Source: Hemiscyllium ocellatum (Eukaryota). From it: a stretch of DNA of 64,000 nt. A program made the position numbers and the translations under genes. Where the stretch lies: assembly GCF_020745735.1 (NCBI RefSeq), contig NC_083412.1, positions 14,192,235 through 14,256,234 of the forward strand, given 5' to 3'. The notes beneath the pieces were generated by a model, which was not told the DNA's origin, ran no database searches, and saw only the letters and a list, made by a program, of their open reading frames with translations. Below, in pieces: positions 52,726 through 64,000 of the stretch (position 1 is its first letter; the number at the start of each line of letters is the position of its first letter).

Positions 52726-55700
52726 AGGGAAGAAATGGAAGGGATGGTCAGAGCAGGGATCCCCTGTGGCCGTTCCCCTCAGCAGTAACTATACCCCTTT
52801 GGTTTCTGCAGGTATGTCCGGCCTACCAGCAGAAATCTCTAGTTGACGTGTCTCTGGAACTGAACCTGGCAGTGTGGCTCAGAAGGGAAGGGGGAAGAAT
52901 AGAAAAGCGCTCGTGGTAGTGGATCCAACAATTCGACGGATGGACAGTAGTTTCTTTGGTCAGGAACAGGACTGACAGAAGGTAATTTTCCTTCGCAGTT
53001 CCAGGATCCGGGATGTCACCAATCGGGTTGACAGGATTCTGAAGGGGGAGAGTGAGTAGCCAGAAATCGGGGAACGTATTGGCTACAATGCCAAAGCCAA
53101 GAACGGGATTGAGGATCCGAAATGTGACTACAGAGACCTAGATTGAAAGTTGAAAAGCAGGACTTGTAGTGTAGTGATCACGGGTTTGCTATTGTAGCGA
53201 CTTGATAGAGAGGTGAGGAACAGTCAGGGAATGCAGCTTAACACGTGGCTGCGAGACTGGTGCAGAAGAGAGGGCTTCTGATACTTAGATCGTCGGGACA
53301 CCTTCGAGGCAAGATGGAATCTGTACATGAATTACAGTTTCCACCTAAACTGGAGGGACACGAATGTCCTGGGATGGTGATTTGTTTGTGTGGTTCAGGA
53401 ACATTTAAACTAGTTTGGCGGGGGGTGGGAATCAGAGCTACATATCTGAGAGGGGACTGTTGCAGATTGGGCTCGGACAGGAAGTAGTGAAAGTATTCGG
53501 ACTTTTTTCCCACGTGATGAAAAAAAGGGCTCAGTTAAAATGTATCAGTATTAACACAAGGAGTGTCTGAAATAACAGTGACAAACTTAGAGCATGGTTC
53601 AATACCTGGGGCGATGATGTTGCAGCCATTACACAGACGTAGGTTTCTCAGGGACACGAGTGGTTGCTTGGTGTTCCAGGGTTTAAAACGTTGTGAAAGA
53701 ACAGGAAGGATGGAAAAAAGAGGATGTAGAATTGCTAATCAGATTGTGGAAAAATGCAGATGTAGCACGATAGTTGTTATGGGTGATTTCAACTTTCCAA
53801 ATATCGACTGGACCTTTCTTCGAGCAGATGGTTTGGATGGTTTGTCAAGACTTAGGATGAATAGAAAAGGGGAAGCAAAATGTAGGGGTTGGGGACAATC
53901 GGGATGTGGAGTTGCTTAAAGGAAATGATATTGGGTGTCCATGATAGGTATGTTTCTGTCAGACAGGGAGGAAGAGATAAGGTAAAGGAACCGTGTTTTA
54001 CTGCATAAATTGCATCTCGTGTTAAGCAGAATACAGACGCTTATGTGGCAATGAAACGAGATGATTCATTTGAGGCAATGGAGAATTATAGATTAACTAC
54101 GATGGACTGAAAGAGAGAATTGAGAAGAGAAAAGAGATGACATAAGCGGTCTTTAGCAGGTAGAATAAAGGAGAACTCTACATCTTTCTCTCGGCCTGTG
54201 AGGGACCAAAGGATGACCAGAGTAGGAATAGGGCCAGTCAAAGTAGAATTGGGAAGCTGTGTGTGGACCCTGTGAGGTCGGAGAGGTACGAAACAAATGT
54301 TTCTCATTGGTTTTCACTATGGAAAAAGAGACAATTGCATAGCAGAGGAATGAGATATGAGATATTAGACGAGAAATGATTGAGCTTAGTAAGGAAGTGA
54401 TATATAAATTCTGGAAGGACTGAAAGCAGACACGTCCCCTGTTCTCGAAGGGATTTATCTGAGAATTCTCTGTGAAGCTAGCGAGGAGATGACGGAGTCT
54501 TTGGCTTTCATCTTTGAATCGTCATTGTCTATAGGTTCAGTAACAGAAGACAGGAGGTTTGCAAATATTGTGCGCTTGTTCAAGAATGAAAGTAGAGCTG
54601 ACCCGGATAATTACAGACCAGTAGGCCTTACATCTGGTGTAGGAAAAGATTTGGAAAGAGTTATTAGAATCATGATTTATAAGCATCTCGCAGGCACAAT
54701 TTGATTTATGTAGTCAACATGGTTTTTTCAAGGGCAGGTCATATTTCACAAACCTCATTGAGCTTTTTGAGAAGGTGATTAAACATGTTCATGAGAATAG
54801 GAAAGTTGATGTGGTGTGCATAACGACTTCAGTAAAGCCTTTGATAAGGCTCAACGTGGTAAGCTGTTGCAGGAAATGCTGAGGCATGAGCTTGCGTGTG
54901 ATGTAACATTTTGGATTTGGAATTGGCTTTCCGTAAAAAACGCAGCGAGTGGGGTATGATGGAATATGTTTATCCTGGAGTCTTGTTACAAGTGATGAGC
55001 CACAAAGATCTGTTTTGGGACCACTGCTATTTGTGAATTCAATCATGACTTACACGGGGGCATAGCTGGATGGGTTAGCAAGATTGCAAATGATACTAAA
55101 ATCGGTTGAGTAGTGGACTTTGTGGAAGAAAGGAAGAAAATTTTGCAGGTTGCAGGGGGACTTGAATAAACTGCATAATTGGGTTGACCGGTGGCAAATA
55201 AAGTTCAATGCATATAAATGTGATGTGATTCATTGTGGGAAGAATAACAGGAATGCAGAATACTGGGTCAATGGAATGATTCTCGGTTGTGTAAATGTGC
55301 AGAGGGATCTTGGATTCCATGGACATACATCCCTGAATGTTGTCACCGAGGTCGATAGTGCTTTTAAGAAGGCATACGGTGTGATACGTTTTATTGTTAG
55401 ATGGATTACGTTGTGGAGCTGTAATGTAATGCTGCAACTATGCAAAATGCTAGTGCGGCCAAACCTGTAATATTGTGTACAGTTCTGGTCGCCCCATTAC
55501 AGGAAGGATGTGGAAGCATTGGAAATTTTGCAGAGGATATCTAACACGATGTTTCCTGATCTGGAGAGAAGGTCTCATGAGGAAAGGCTGAAAAACTTGT
55601 GTTAGTTCTCTTGAGAAAGAAGAAGGCGAACATCAGACTTGACAGCGATGTACAAGATGATCAGAGGATTAGACAGGATAGCCAATGAATATCTATGTCG

Positions 55701-55990
55701 CAAGATAATGACATCAGCGTGTACGAAGTGCATAACTACAAATTGAGGGATGATAGATTTACGACAGATGTCAGTGACAGGTTCTTTAGCAGTGAGTGGC
55801 AAGGGCGTGGAATGACGTGCTTGTCAATTCGTTGACTCAGCCACATTAGGGAGATTTGAAAAATCATTGAATAAGCACATGGATGATGGTGGGACAGTGT
55901 TGGAGGATGGGTTTAGATTAGTTCACAGGTCGGCGCAACATCAAGGGCTGAAGGGCCCGTTCTGTGCTGTATTTTTCTATGTTCTATGTT
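52720..55990 (+). mobile_element. Duplicate of CR1 at 1345-4485
   Basis: VMGDFNFPNIDW, NYRPVGLTS, LQGDLNKL; shares internal deletions with the left copy. Confidence 0.92.
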
Positions 55991-56879
55991 CGATGATAAG
56001 AACATTGGAATGCTGGAAATGCAATTATCGGTGTGCAAAAAGTGAGGAAATCCCAACTTAACAAAGGAATGAGCATTCCCTTCCTTCAAGAAGGAAGAGA
56101 GACGGATGAAGTAGTTACATGCCGGCGTTTTCATCCCATCGCTTTGGTTTTCTGCATCCATATAAGCTTAATGCAAATAAACCCATTCTGCTTGACGTGG
56201 AGTGGATGGAACTTGTTTGTGTTTTCAGGAAATGGAGACACTGAAGAGTGGAACCCATTTGCGGACATTCAATGTCGCAACATAATGATGGATGAACAAC
56301 CATCAACACAACAAGCCATTTATTAATAACGCATCTCAGTGCTGGCGAAGTAGTATGAAATTATTAATTTTCGTGAGTGCCAGGAATTTCGAAATTAGTG
56401 AGCCTGAACGTCAGTAGTTTTGAAACCAATGAGCGTTAGTCATAAAAAAGTATGCTTAGATTGACGTGAGACGTTATTCTGAAACACTTAAGTGTAATTG
56501 GTACCTGATAATTTAAAGTGATTCTTGGAAGACGATAAAGTTCATGCACACAGTCTCAATGTTTGCAGTGCATTCAAAAATAGAAGTAAATTTAATGGAG
56601 ACTACACAATATTGAATTTGGACAAATTTGCAATGAGATATTTTGCATTTCTAGAGCGAGTTGCGTAGCAATTTTCAAAAGAATTTGGGTCAACTTAGAG
56701 AAAGTACAAATAAAGTATATTGTGTCTGAATCAAACAGAAATACTTTACTTCTGCTAAAAGATATTGTAAGATTATGTTCCATCCACTGCAAATCTCGAC
56801 AGTTCTCGGGGTTTTGAGATGGTGGTAAAAGTTTAGCTGCAAAATTATTTCAGATGATGTAATTAGGGGTGTACATTAA

Positions 56880-59800
56880 TAGCATAGAACACAGAACATA
56901 GAACATAGAGCAATACAGCACAGAACAGGCCCTTCAGCCCACGATGTTGTGCCGACCTCTGATCCACATGTATACACCCTCAATTTTCTGTGACCATATG
57001 CAACTCCAGTAGTCCCTTAAATGTCCCCAATGACGTTGCTTCCATAACTGCTGCTGGCAACGCATTCCATACTCTCACACTTCAGTGTAAAGAACCCGCC
57101 TCTGACATCCCCTCTATACTTTCCTCCAACCAGCTAAAAACTATGACCCCTCGTGTTAGTCATTTGTGCCCTTGGAAATAGTCTCTGGCTATCGACTCTT
57201 CCTATGCCTCTCATTATCTTGTAAACCTCAATTAGTTCCCCTCTCCTCCTCCTTTTCTCCAATGAAAAACGTCCGATCTCCGTCAACCTCCCTTCATAAG
57301 ACAAGCCCTCCAGTCCATGCAGCATCCCTGTAAACCTCCTCTGAACCCTCTGCAAAGCATCGTATAATTGGGCGACCAGAACTGGACGCAGTATTCCATG
57401 TCCGGTCTACCCAAAGTTTTATAGAGCTACAGCAAGTTCTCAGGGACTCATAAACTCAATCTCCCTGTTCATGAAAGCCAAAAAACGATATGCTTTCTTA
57501 ACAACCCTGTCCATTTGGGTGTCCATTGTTAGGGATCTATGTACCTGCACATCAAGATCCCTCTGTTCCTCCACACTGCCAAGAATCCTATCCTTAATCC
57601 TATACTCAGCTTTCAAATTCGACCGTCCAAAATGCATCAGCTCGCATTTATCCGGGCTGAACTCCATCTGTCACCTCTCAACCCATCTTTGCATCCTGTA
57701 AATGTCCCGCTCTAGCCTACAACTACTGGATTAGTGGGAATTCATACTCTCAACAAACAGTATTTCAGTTCCATCTCAAACATCAAAAACTGTAAGTAAA
57801 ACAGTTTTATCTACCCACCTCCATAACCAGCGCTCCTCAAATAATCCAGAAGATTCCCCGGCCTTGGAAATGACTCAGACGCCATTATCCATGCAGCTAC
57901 CACCCCCACGCTGATTGGCGATGTCACTTCGCCCTCATCATGGCCCTTCCCACAAGCACTTCCGCCCCTCACAATTTCTCATGCATCACACATGACATCA
58001 CGTCCGCCTGTCACATCATCGCTGATGCCACACATTCAATGACTTCCGTCACCCCTTTGCCGTAGCCACCACCACTTCCACACCCCCAGCGCTACTCACC
58101 TGCATTCTGCTGACACGCACCCCACACACCCCACTTTCACTATCCCCACACCCCAGAACCCCGAGGGGAACACTACCCATGCTCGAACCCCATTCCCCCA
58201 CCATCACACCCACTCCAGTTACTGGCTCCGACACCACTCACAGCTCCACACCAACACCTGATCCCAGCTTCCAGCCCTGCCGAGTTTTCACCATCCCTCT
58301 TGACCTCCCCCTCACTGAGGATGAACGATCGGTCCTCAGCAAGGGACTCACCTTCATTCCCCCTCCGTCCACGCATCAATGAATTTAATTCACGCCATGA
58401 CGTCGAACACTTCTTCCGTCGCCTCCGCCTCTGAGCTTACATTCACAGTCAGGATTCCCGCCCACCTTCCGAGGACCCCTTTGCCAACCTCCAACACACT
58501 GCATCCACCTGGACACCCCGCGCTGGCCTTTACCTGCCCTCGCCCTCTTCATTTCCAACTGCCACTGGGACATTTACCACCTCAACCGGTCTACCTCCCT
58601 CCCCCACTCCAGCCCCTCACCCTCACAACGCGCATCTCTCCAATCCCTCTGCTCCAATTCCAACCTCACCATCAAGCCAGCGGATAAAGGGGGCGCAGTG
58701 GTAGTCTGGCGCACTGATCTCTACACTGCTGAAGCCAAACGCCAACTTGAGGACACATCTTCCTACTGCCCCCTCGACCATGACCTCACCACCGTCATTA
58801 AACCACCATCTCCCAAACCATACAGAACCTCCTCACCTCAGGAGATCTCCCACCCACAGCTTCCAACCTCATAGTCCGGGATCCCCGCGCTGCCCGGTTC
58901 TACCTCCTTCCCAAGATCCACAAGCCTGACCACCCTGGCCGAACCATTGTCTCGGAATGCTCCTGGCCCACTGAACTCCTCTTTACCTACCTTGACACTG
59001 TCCTATCCCTCATCGTCCAGGAACTCCCCACATACATTCGAGACACCACACACGCCCTCCACCTCCTCCAAGTCTTCCGTTTTCCGGCCTCCAACAGTTC
59101 ATCATCACCATGGATATCCAATCCCTCTACACCTCCATCCGCCATGACCAGGGCTTCCAAGCCCTCCGTTTGTTTCCCTCCAGACGTCCCCAGCAGTACC
59201 CTTCCATCTACATTCTCATTCGTTTGGCCTAACTGGTCATCAACCTTAACAATTTCTCATTTGAATGCTCCCACTTCCTCAAGACCAAAGGGGTAGCCAT
59301 GGACACACGTATGGGCCCCAGCTATGCCTGTCTCTTTGTTGGCTACATAGAACAGTTGACCTTCCGTAATTCCCACGCACACTCCCCACCTCTTCCTCCG
59401 CTAGTTTGACGACTGCATTGTCGCCACCTCATGCTTCCGCGAGGAGGTTGAGAAATTCATCAACTTCACCAACCCATTCCACCCTGACCTTAAATTTACC
59501 TGGACCATCTCTGACACCACCCTCCCCTTCCTGTACATCTATATCTCCATTAATGACGACTGACTTGACACTGACAGTTTTTACAAACACACCGACTCAC
59601 ACAGCTACCTGCATTACACCTTTTCCCATCCTACCTATTGCAAAAATGCCATCACGTATTCCCAATTCCCCCGCCTCCGACGTATCTGCTCCCAGGAGGA
59701 CCAGTTCCACCATATAATACACCAGATGGCCTCCTTCTTTAGAGACCGCAATTTACCTTCCCACGTGTTTAAAGATGCCCTCCAACGCATCTCGTGCACA

Positions 59801-62240
59801 TGCCGCACCTACTTCCTCAGACCCCACGCCTCCAACCGTAACAAGGACAGAACGCCGCTGGTGCGCACCTTCCACGCTACAAACCTTAGCATAAACCAAA
59901 TCATCAGCTGGCATTTCTGCCATCTCCAAGAAACCCCACCACCAGGGATATATTTCTCTCCCCACCCCTTTCCACCTTCCGCAAAGACATTTCCCTCCAT
60001 GGCTACCTGATCAGGTCCACGCCTCCCTACAACCTACCCTCCCATCGTGGCACTTACCCCCGCCACCGCAGGAACTGTACAATCTGTGCCCACATCTCCT
60101 CCCTCACGTCTATCCATGGCCCTAAAGGAGCCTTCCACATCCAGCAAAGTTTTACCTGCACATCCACTAATATCATTTATTGCATCTGTTGCTCCCGATG
60201 CGGTCTCCTCTACATTGGGGAGACTAGGCGCCTCCTAGCAGAGCGCTTTAGGGAACATCTCCGGGACACCCGTACCAATCAACCACACCGCCCCGTGGCC
60301 CAACATTTCAACTTCCCCTTCACTCTGCCGAGGACATGGAGGTCCTAGGCCTCCTTCACCGCCACTCCCTCACCACCAGACGCCTGGAGGAAGAACGCCT
60401 CAACTTCCGCCTCAGAACACTTCAACCCCAGGGCATCAATGTGGACTTCAACAGTTTCCTCATTTACCCTTCCCCCACCTCACCCTAGTTCCAAACTTCC
60501 AGCTCAGCACTGGCCCCATGACTTGTGCAGATTTGTCCTACCTGCTTTTCTTCTTTTCCACCTATCCACTCCACCATCTCCTCCCTGAAATCTCACCTTC
60601 ATCCTCTCCCCCCTCACCCATTGTACTCTATGCAACTTTCTCCCCACGCCCACCCTCCTCAAGCTTATCTCCTCACGCTTCAGGCTCACTGCCTTTATTC
60701 CTGATGAAGGACTTTTGCCCAAAAAGTCGATTTCAATGCACTTAACTGCTGTGCTCTTCCAGTACCACTAATCCAGAATCTGGTTTCCAGCATCTGCAGT
60801 CATTGTTTTTATTCATTTAAGCCGTCTATACTGTGAACGACACGTCTAACCTTTGTGTCGTCTGCCAACTTGCTGACCCATCCTTCAATCCCCTCATCCA
60901 AGCCATCAAGAAAAATTACAAGCAGTAGAGGCCCAAGCACAGAGCTCTGTGGAACACCACTCATCACTGACTTCCAGGCAGAATATTTTTCATCTACTAA
61001 CATTCGCTGTCTTCTGTTGGCCAGCCAATTCCGTATCCAGACAGCGAAGTTCTCCTGTACCCATTCTTCCTGACCTTCTGAATGACCCTACCATGGGGAA
61101 CCTTATCAAATGCCTTGCTGAAGTCCATTTACACCACATCCACAGCTCGACCCTCATTAACTTTTCTAGTCTCATCCTCAAAATAACTCGATGAGGTTTG
61201 TGAGGCCTGATCTGCCCCTCACAAAGAAGTGCTGACTGCATTTAATCCAAGCCATGCTTTTCCAGATCGCCATAAATCCTATCCCTCAGAATCATTTCTA
61301 ACAGCTTGCAGACGACAGACATGAGACTTACTGATCTGTAATTGCCAGGGAGTTAACTATTTCCATTCCTGAAGAGAGGAATTACATTTGCCTCTCTCCA
61401 GTGGTCAGGTACGAGTCCAGTGGAGAGCAAGGATGCAAAGATCTTCGCAAGTGGCGAAGCAATTGCATTTCTCGTTTGCCAAAGCAGCCGAGGGCAAATC
61501 TGGTCCGGGACTGGCAACGTATCAATCTTAATGTTTGATAAAATTTTCAGTACCTCATATCTCTATCCATTCAAGCATGCACACGTGCACTTCAGATGTT
61601 TGATTCACTACAAAATTCTTTCCTGAAGGTAGAATCAAAAATTCAGTTAGGGTTTCCCCTCCCTCCTCCGACACCACACACAAATTCCTGATGCTCTCAT
61701 TGATTAACGCGACTCTTTCTTTGACCATTTTCTTATTCCTTACATAAATGCAAAATGCCTTTGTGTTCTGCCTAATCCGTTCTGCCAAGCCTTTGTCATG
61801 CCCCCTCCTTGCTCTCCTCAGACCACTTTTGACCACCTTCGGAATCGTTTAGAGCTGAGCTTGACCCTAGCTTCCTCCACCTTATTTAAGGTACCTTCTT
61901 CCTTTTGACGAGAAGCTCCACAGCTCATGTCATCCAAGGTTCCTTTATCTTGCCCCTTCTTGCCTGTCTCAAAGGTACATATTTATTAATCACTTGCAAC
62001 AACTGTTCCTTAAACAGTCTCCAAATGTCGATAGTGCATTTACCATGGAACAATTGCTCCCAATCCATGCTTCCTAACTCATGTCTAATCGCATCATAGT
62101 TTCCTCTTCCCCAATTAAATATCCTCCATTTTTGCCGAATCCTCTCCTTCTCCATAGCTGTGTAGAATGTGAGGCAGTTGTGGTCACTATCACTCACCAC
62201 AAGATTTGATACCTGCCCCGGTTCATTTCCGAGCACCAAG
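56880..62240 (-). mobile_element. CR1 LINE split by a Penelope insertion (CR1 parts ~56880-57722 and ~60820-62240)
   Basis: RT SGVPQ.SVLGPLL..KLADDTK on the right continues as ..MEFSPDKCE..RVQRRFT on the left; (catagaa)n tail at 56883-56910. Confidence 0.92.
57723..60810 (+). mobile_element. Long decayed Penelope-like element
   Basis: DERSVLSKGLTFIP, IKPADKGGAVVV, FYLLPKIHK, KTKGVAM, CSRCGLLYIGET, QPQGINVDF; terminal hammerhead remnant at ~60698-60732. Confidence 0.94.
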
Positions 62241-62446
62241 TTGGCAGAAGGAAAATAAAAGGATAATGTGCAGAAATGCTAATGAAAGTTAAAATGGATT
62301 TTAGTGAAAAGGAAGTTTAGACGATAGCACCAAACTGATAGGTGTCTTTTGATGACTTTGGCGGAGTAGACTCGATGGGCCGAATTGCCTTGCTTCCACT
62401 CCTCTGTCTTATGGTCTTTTGTTTGTGTCATCGTCTTTCATTTTAG

Positions 62447-62554
62447 GAAATATTCAAATGGTGAACAAGCCACTACCCGAGGCAACAAGATCGCATGTGG
62501 AGAGATTAGTTAAATCTCTCTGTTCGTTTGATGAGACCATTTTTGTGACCGGAT
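62447..62554 (+). other. Candidate 108-nt internal exon of an unidentified transcript
   Basis: tctttcattttag acceptor, perfect gtaagt donor, phase-1/phase-1 open frame NIQMVNKPLPEATRSHVERLVKSLCSFDETIFVTG; no recognised homology. Confidence 0.25.
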
Positions 62555-64000
62555 GTAAGTGTGAAACAATGCATGTGATCTTGGAGGGAACAAGCATCAG
62601 GCAGTGGAAAATAACGAACAGGAGACCAGTTCCCAGGCATAAGCACCGACTTGACAAAAGAAGAAATGTGGCTTGGAAGAGCAGAAAACACAGTTTAAAC
62701 AAGAAGACACTTGTACAAAATCCTTCGAGAAACTGACTTTAAGACTTTGAGAGTATCATTAGTGAAGGGGTGGCAAAAGAAATACAATCAAGATAATAAG
62801 TGTGATTGGCCATTCAGTCGCAATGTTATCAGAACGAACGAAAATATACTTTGGGAGGATTCCTGTTGTAGTGTTTGATGGGGCCCATTGGATGACAGAC
62901 AGATTCCATCCCCATGCCCATCTTGAGATTTTGAATAATTAGATCGGTAGGTGAGGTCGTTATATAGTAAGACTGTTAGCTTCAGTGAAAAGACTATCTG
63001 GGCTAAGACTCAAGGGGTGCAGCAGTCTGTGGTAATGGGCTTCCAGGTAAAATAAAACGCAGGAAGTGCAAGTGGAAGGTAAAACATTCTGAACTTTAGA
63101 GCTATATTGTTTAATAAGTCTTATATTGTAACTCAAAAGCAGTTACTTGCATTTGCAGAAAGTTAACACTCAGTGATACAGCCATTCTTAAAATTGGCAA
63201 GCAGGGAAACATATTGAATTGTCATCCACAAGACGGATACACATAAATAGAGCAGCAGAATCTTTCAGTCTAAGTTTGGTGCTATTTTCCTGCTATTTGT
63301 TCAAGTGATGCGTGGATAGGTTTCAGGAGCATTCAGGAAAAACAGAAGTTAATGAACCAGAATCATTAATTAAAATTAAAGTACCTAGAATGATCCAACC
63401 ACCATATCAAAAATTAATTAATTAACAGCCAGCTACTCTTGCAATTGCCTTTCTTTTCACTCAGCCCCTTGCAGGTTTTAAAGCCCTCGTCAGGAACATG
63501 ATCAACATCTCAGAATGCGAGGTGGGATAGATTGAGGTCGCAATTAACTACATGGTATACTGTTGTTGCACTGCGATTGTAATTATGGGTCATACTGATG
63601 TTAGCGTAAGCATAAAGGTGCTAATCCTTTGTGGGTGCCTCTCAATTTTGATCACATCTCAGGAAGACAGGCACTTGGCACGACTCATTGTTTCCCTCAC
63701 AGCCTTGACTGCAGAGCAGGGTGGCGGAGGGGGGGGGGGGGGGGTGGTGGTGTGGTGGGAGGAGATTCAAGGATTGGTCCAAAAACGGCACTGAGAAGAT
63801 GCACTTTATTGTTGTTGTATTCATATGGATGTTAGTTATTTTACTGTAGTTGTCATATTCCAATTAGTTTCTGTACTTTGTATACAGTCTTGCATGGCAG
63901 TCACTGATTTGTGTCAATGTTTGGTGCTATAACACGCGCTGTCATAAATCATAAATGTGGATTGTATAGGATGGGCCGAAGCGCTGAACTTCAATGATAT

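Larger units (their letters stand above)
41561..57344 (-). repeat. Right arm of large inverted segmental duplication
   Basis: Mirror order of the same CR1, Gypsy, PLE, GPCR and unique segments. Paired ORFs in the track, e.g. 12390..12755(-) vs 46379..46807(+) and 1041..1226(+) vs 56115..56309(-). Confidence 0.97.

Noticed and set aside
63720-63765. G-run / G-quadruplex-like tract
   Set aside because: Simple homopolymer with no functional context; length unreliable.
1-64000. CRISPR arrays, operons or prokaryotic defence systems
   Set aside because: Sequence is vertebrate repeat-rich DNA; no repeat-spacer arrays or bacterial-type genes seen.

Overview
Vertebrate nuclear DNA, almost certainly shark. 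The HE1 SINE with an (AATCT)n tail and the CR1, Penelope-like and Gmr1-type Gypsy repeats suggest a bamboo or carpet shark (inference). Most of the window is decayed retroelements, so most short ORFs in the track are TE fragments or noise. The main structure is a large, old inverted duplication. Positions 1-17,741 match the reverse complement of 41,561-57,344 (about 90-95% identity in hand spot-checks), and the left arm runs off the window edge. A second, roughly concentric inverted pair of similar divergence lies inside (~24,995-25,935 vs ~31,848-33,095). Each outer arm carries an 887-nt terminal coding exon of a GPR139/GPR142-like class A GPCR. The left copy is open, and the right copy has one TTA>TGA nonsense change. 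A third, older GPCR pseudogene with a recognisable first exon lies between the arms. The arms act as filled/empty-site controls for each other. They reveal a ~204-bp hairpin element built from Penelope termini and hammerhead-ribozyme remnants with an 11-bp TSD, a SINE insertion with a 14-bp target deletion, and a ~1.95-kb deletion. Coordinates were read by eye; TE boundaries are approximate (tens of bp).
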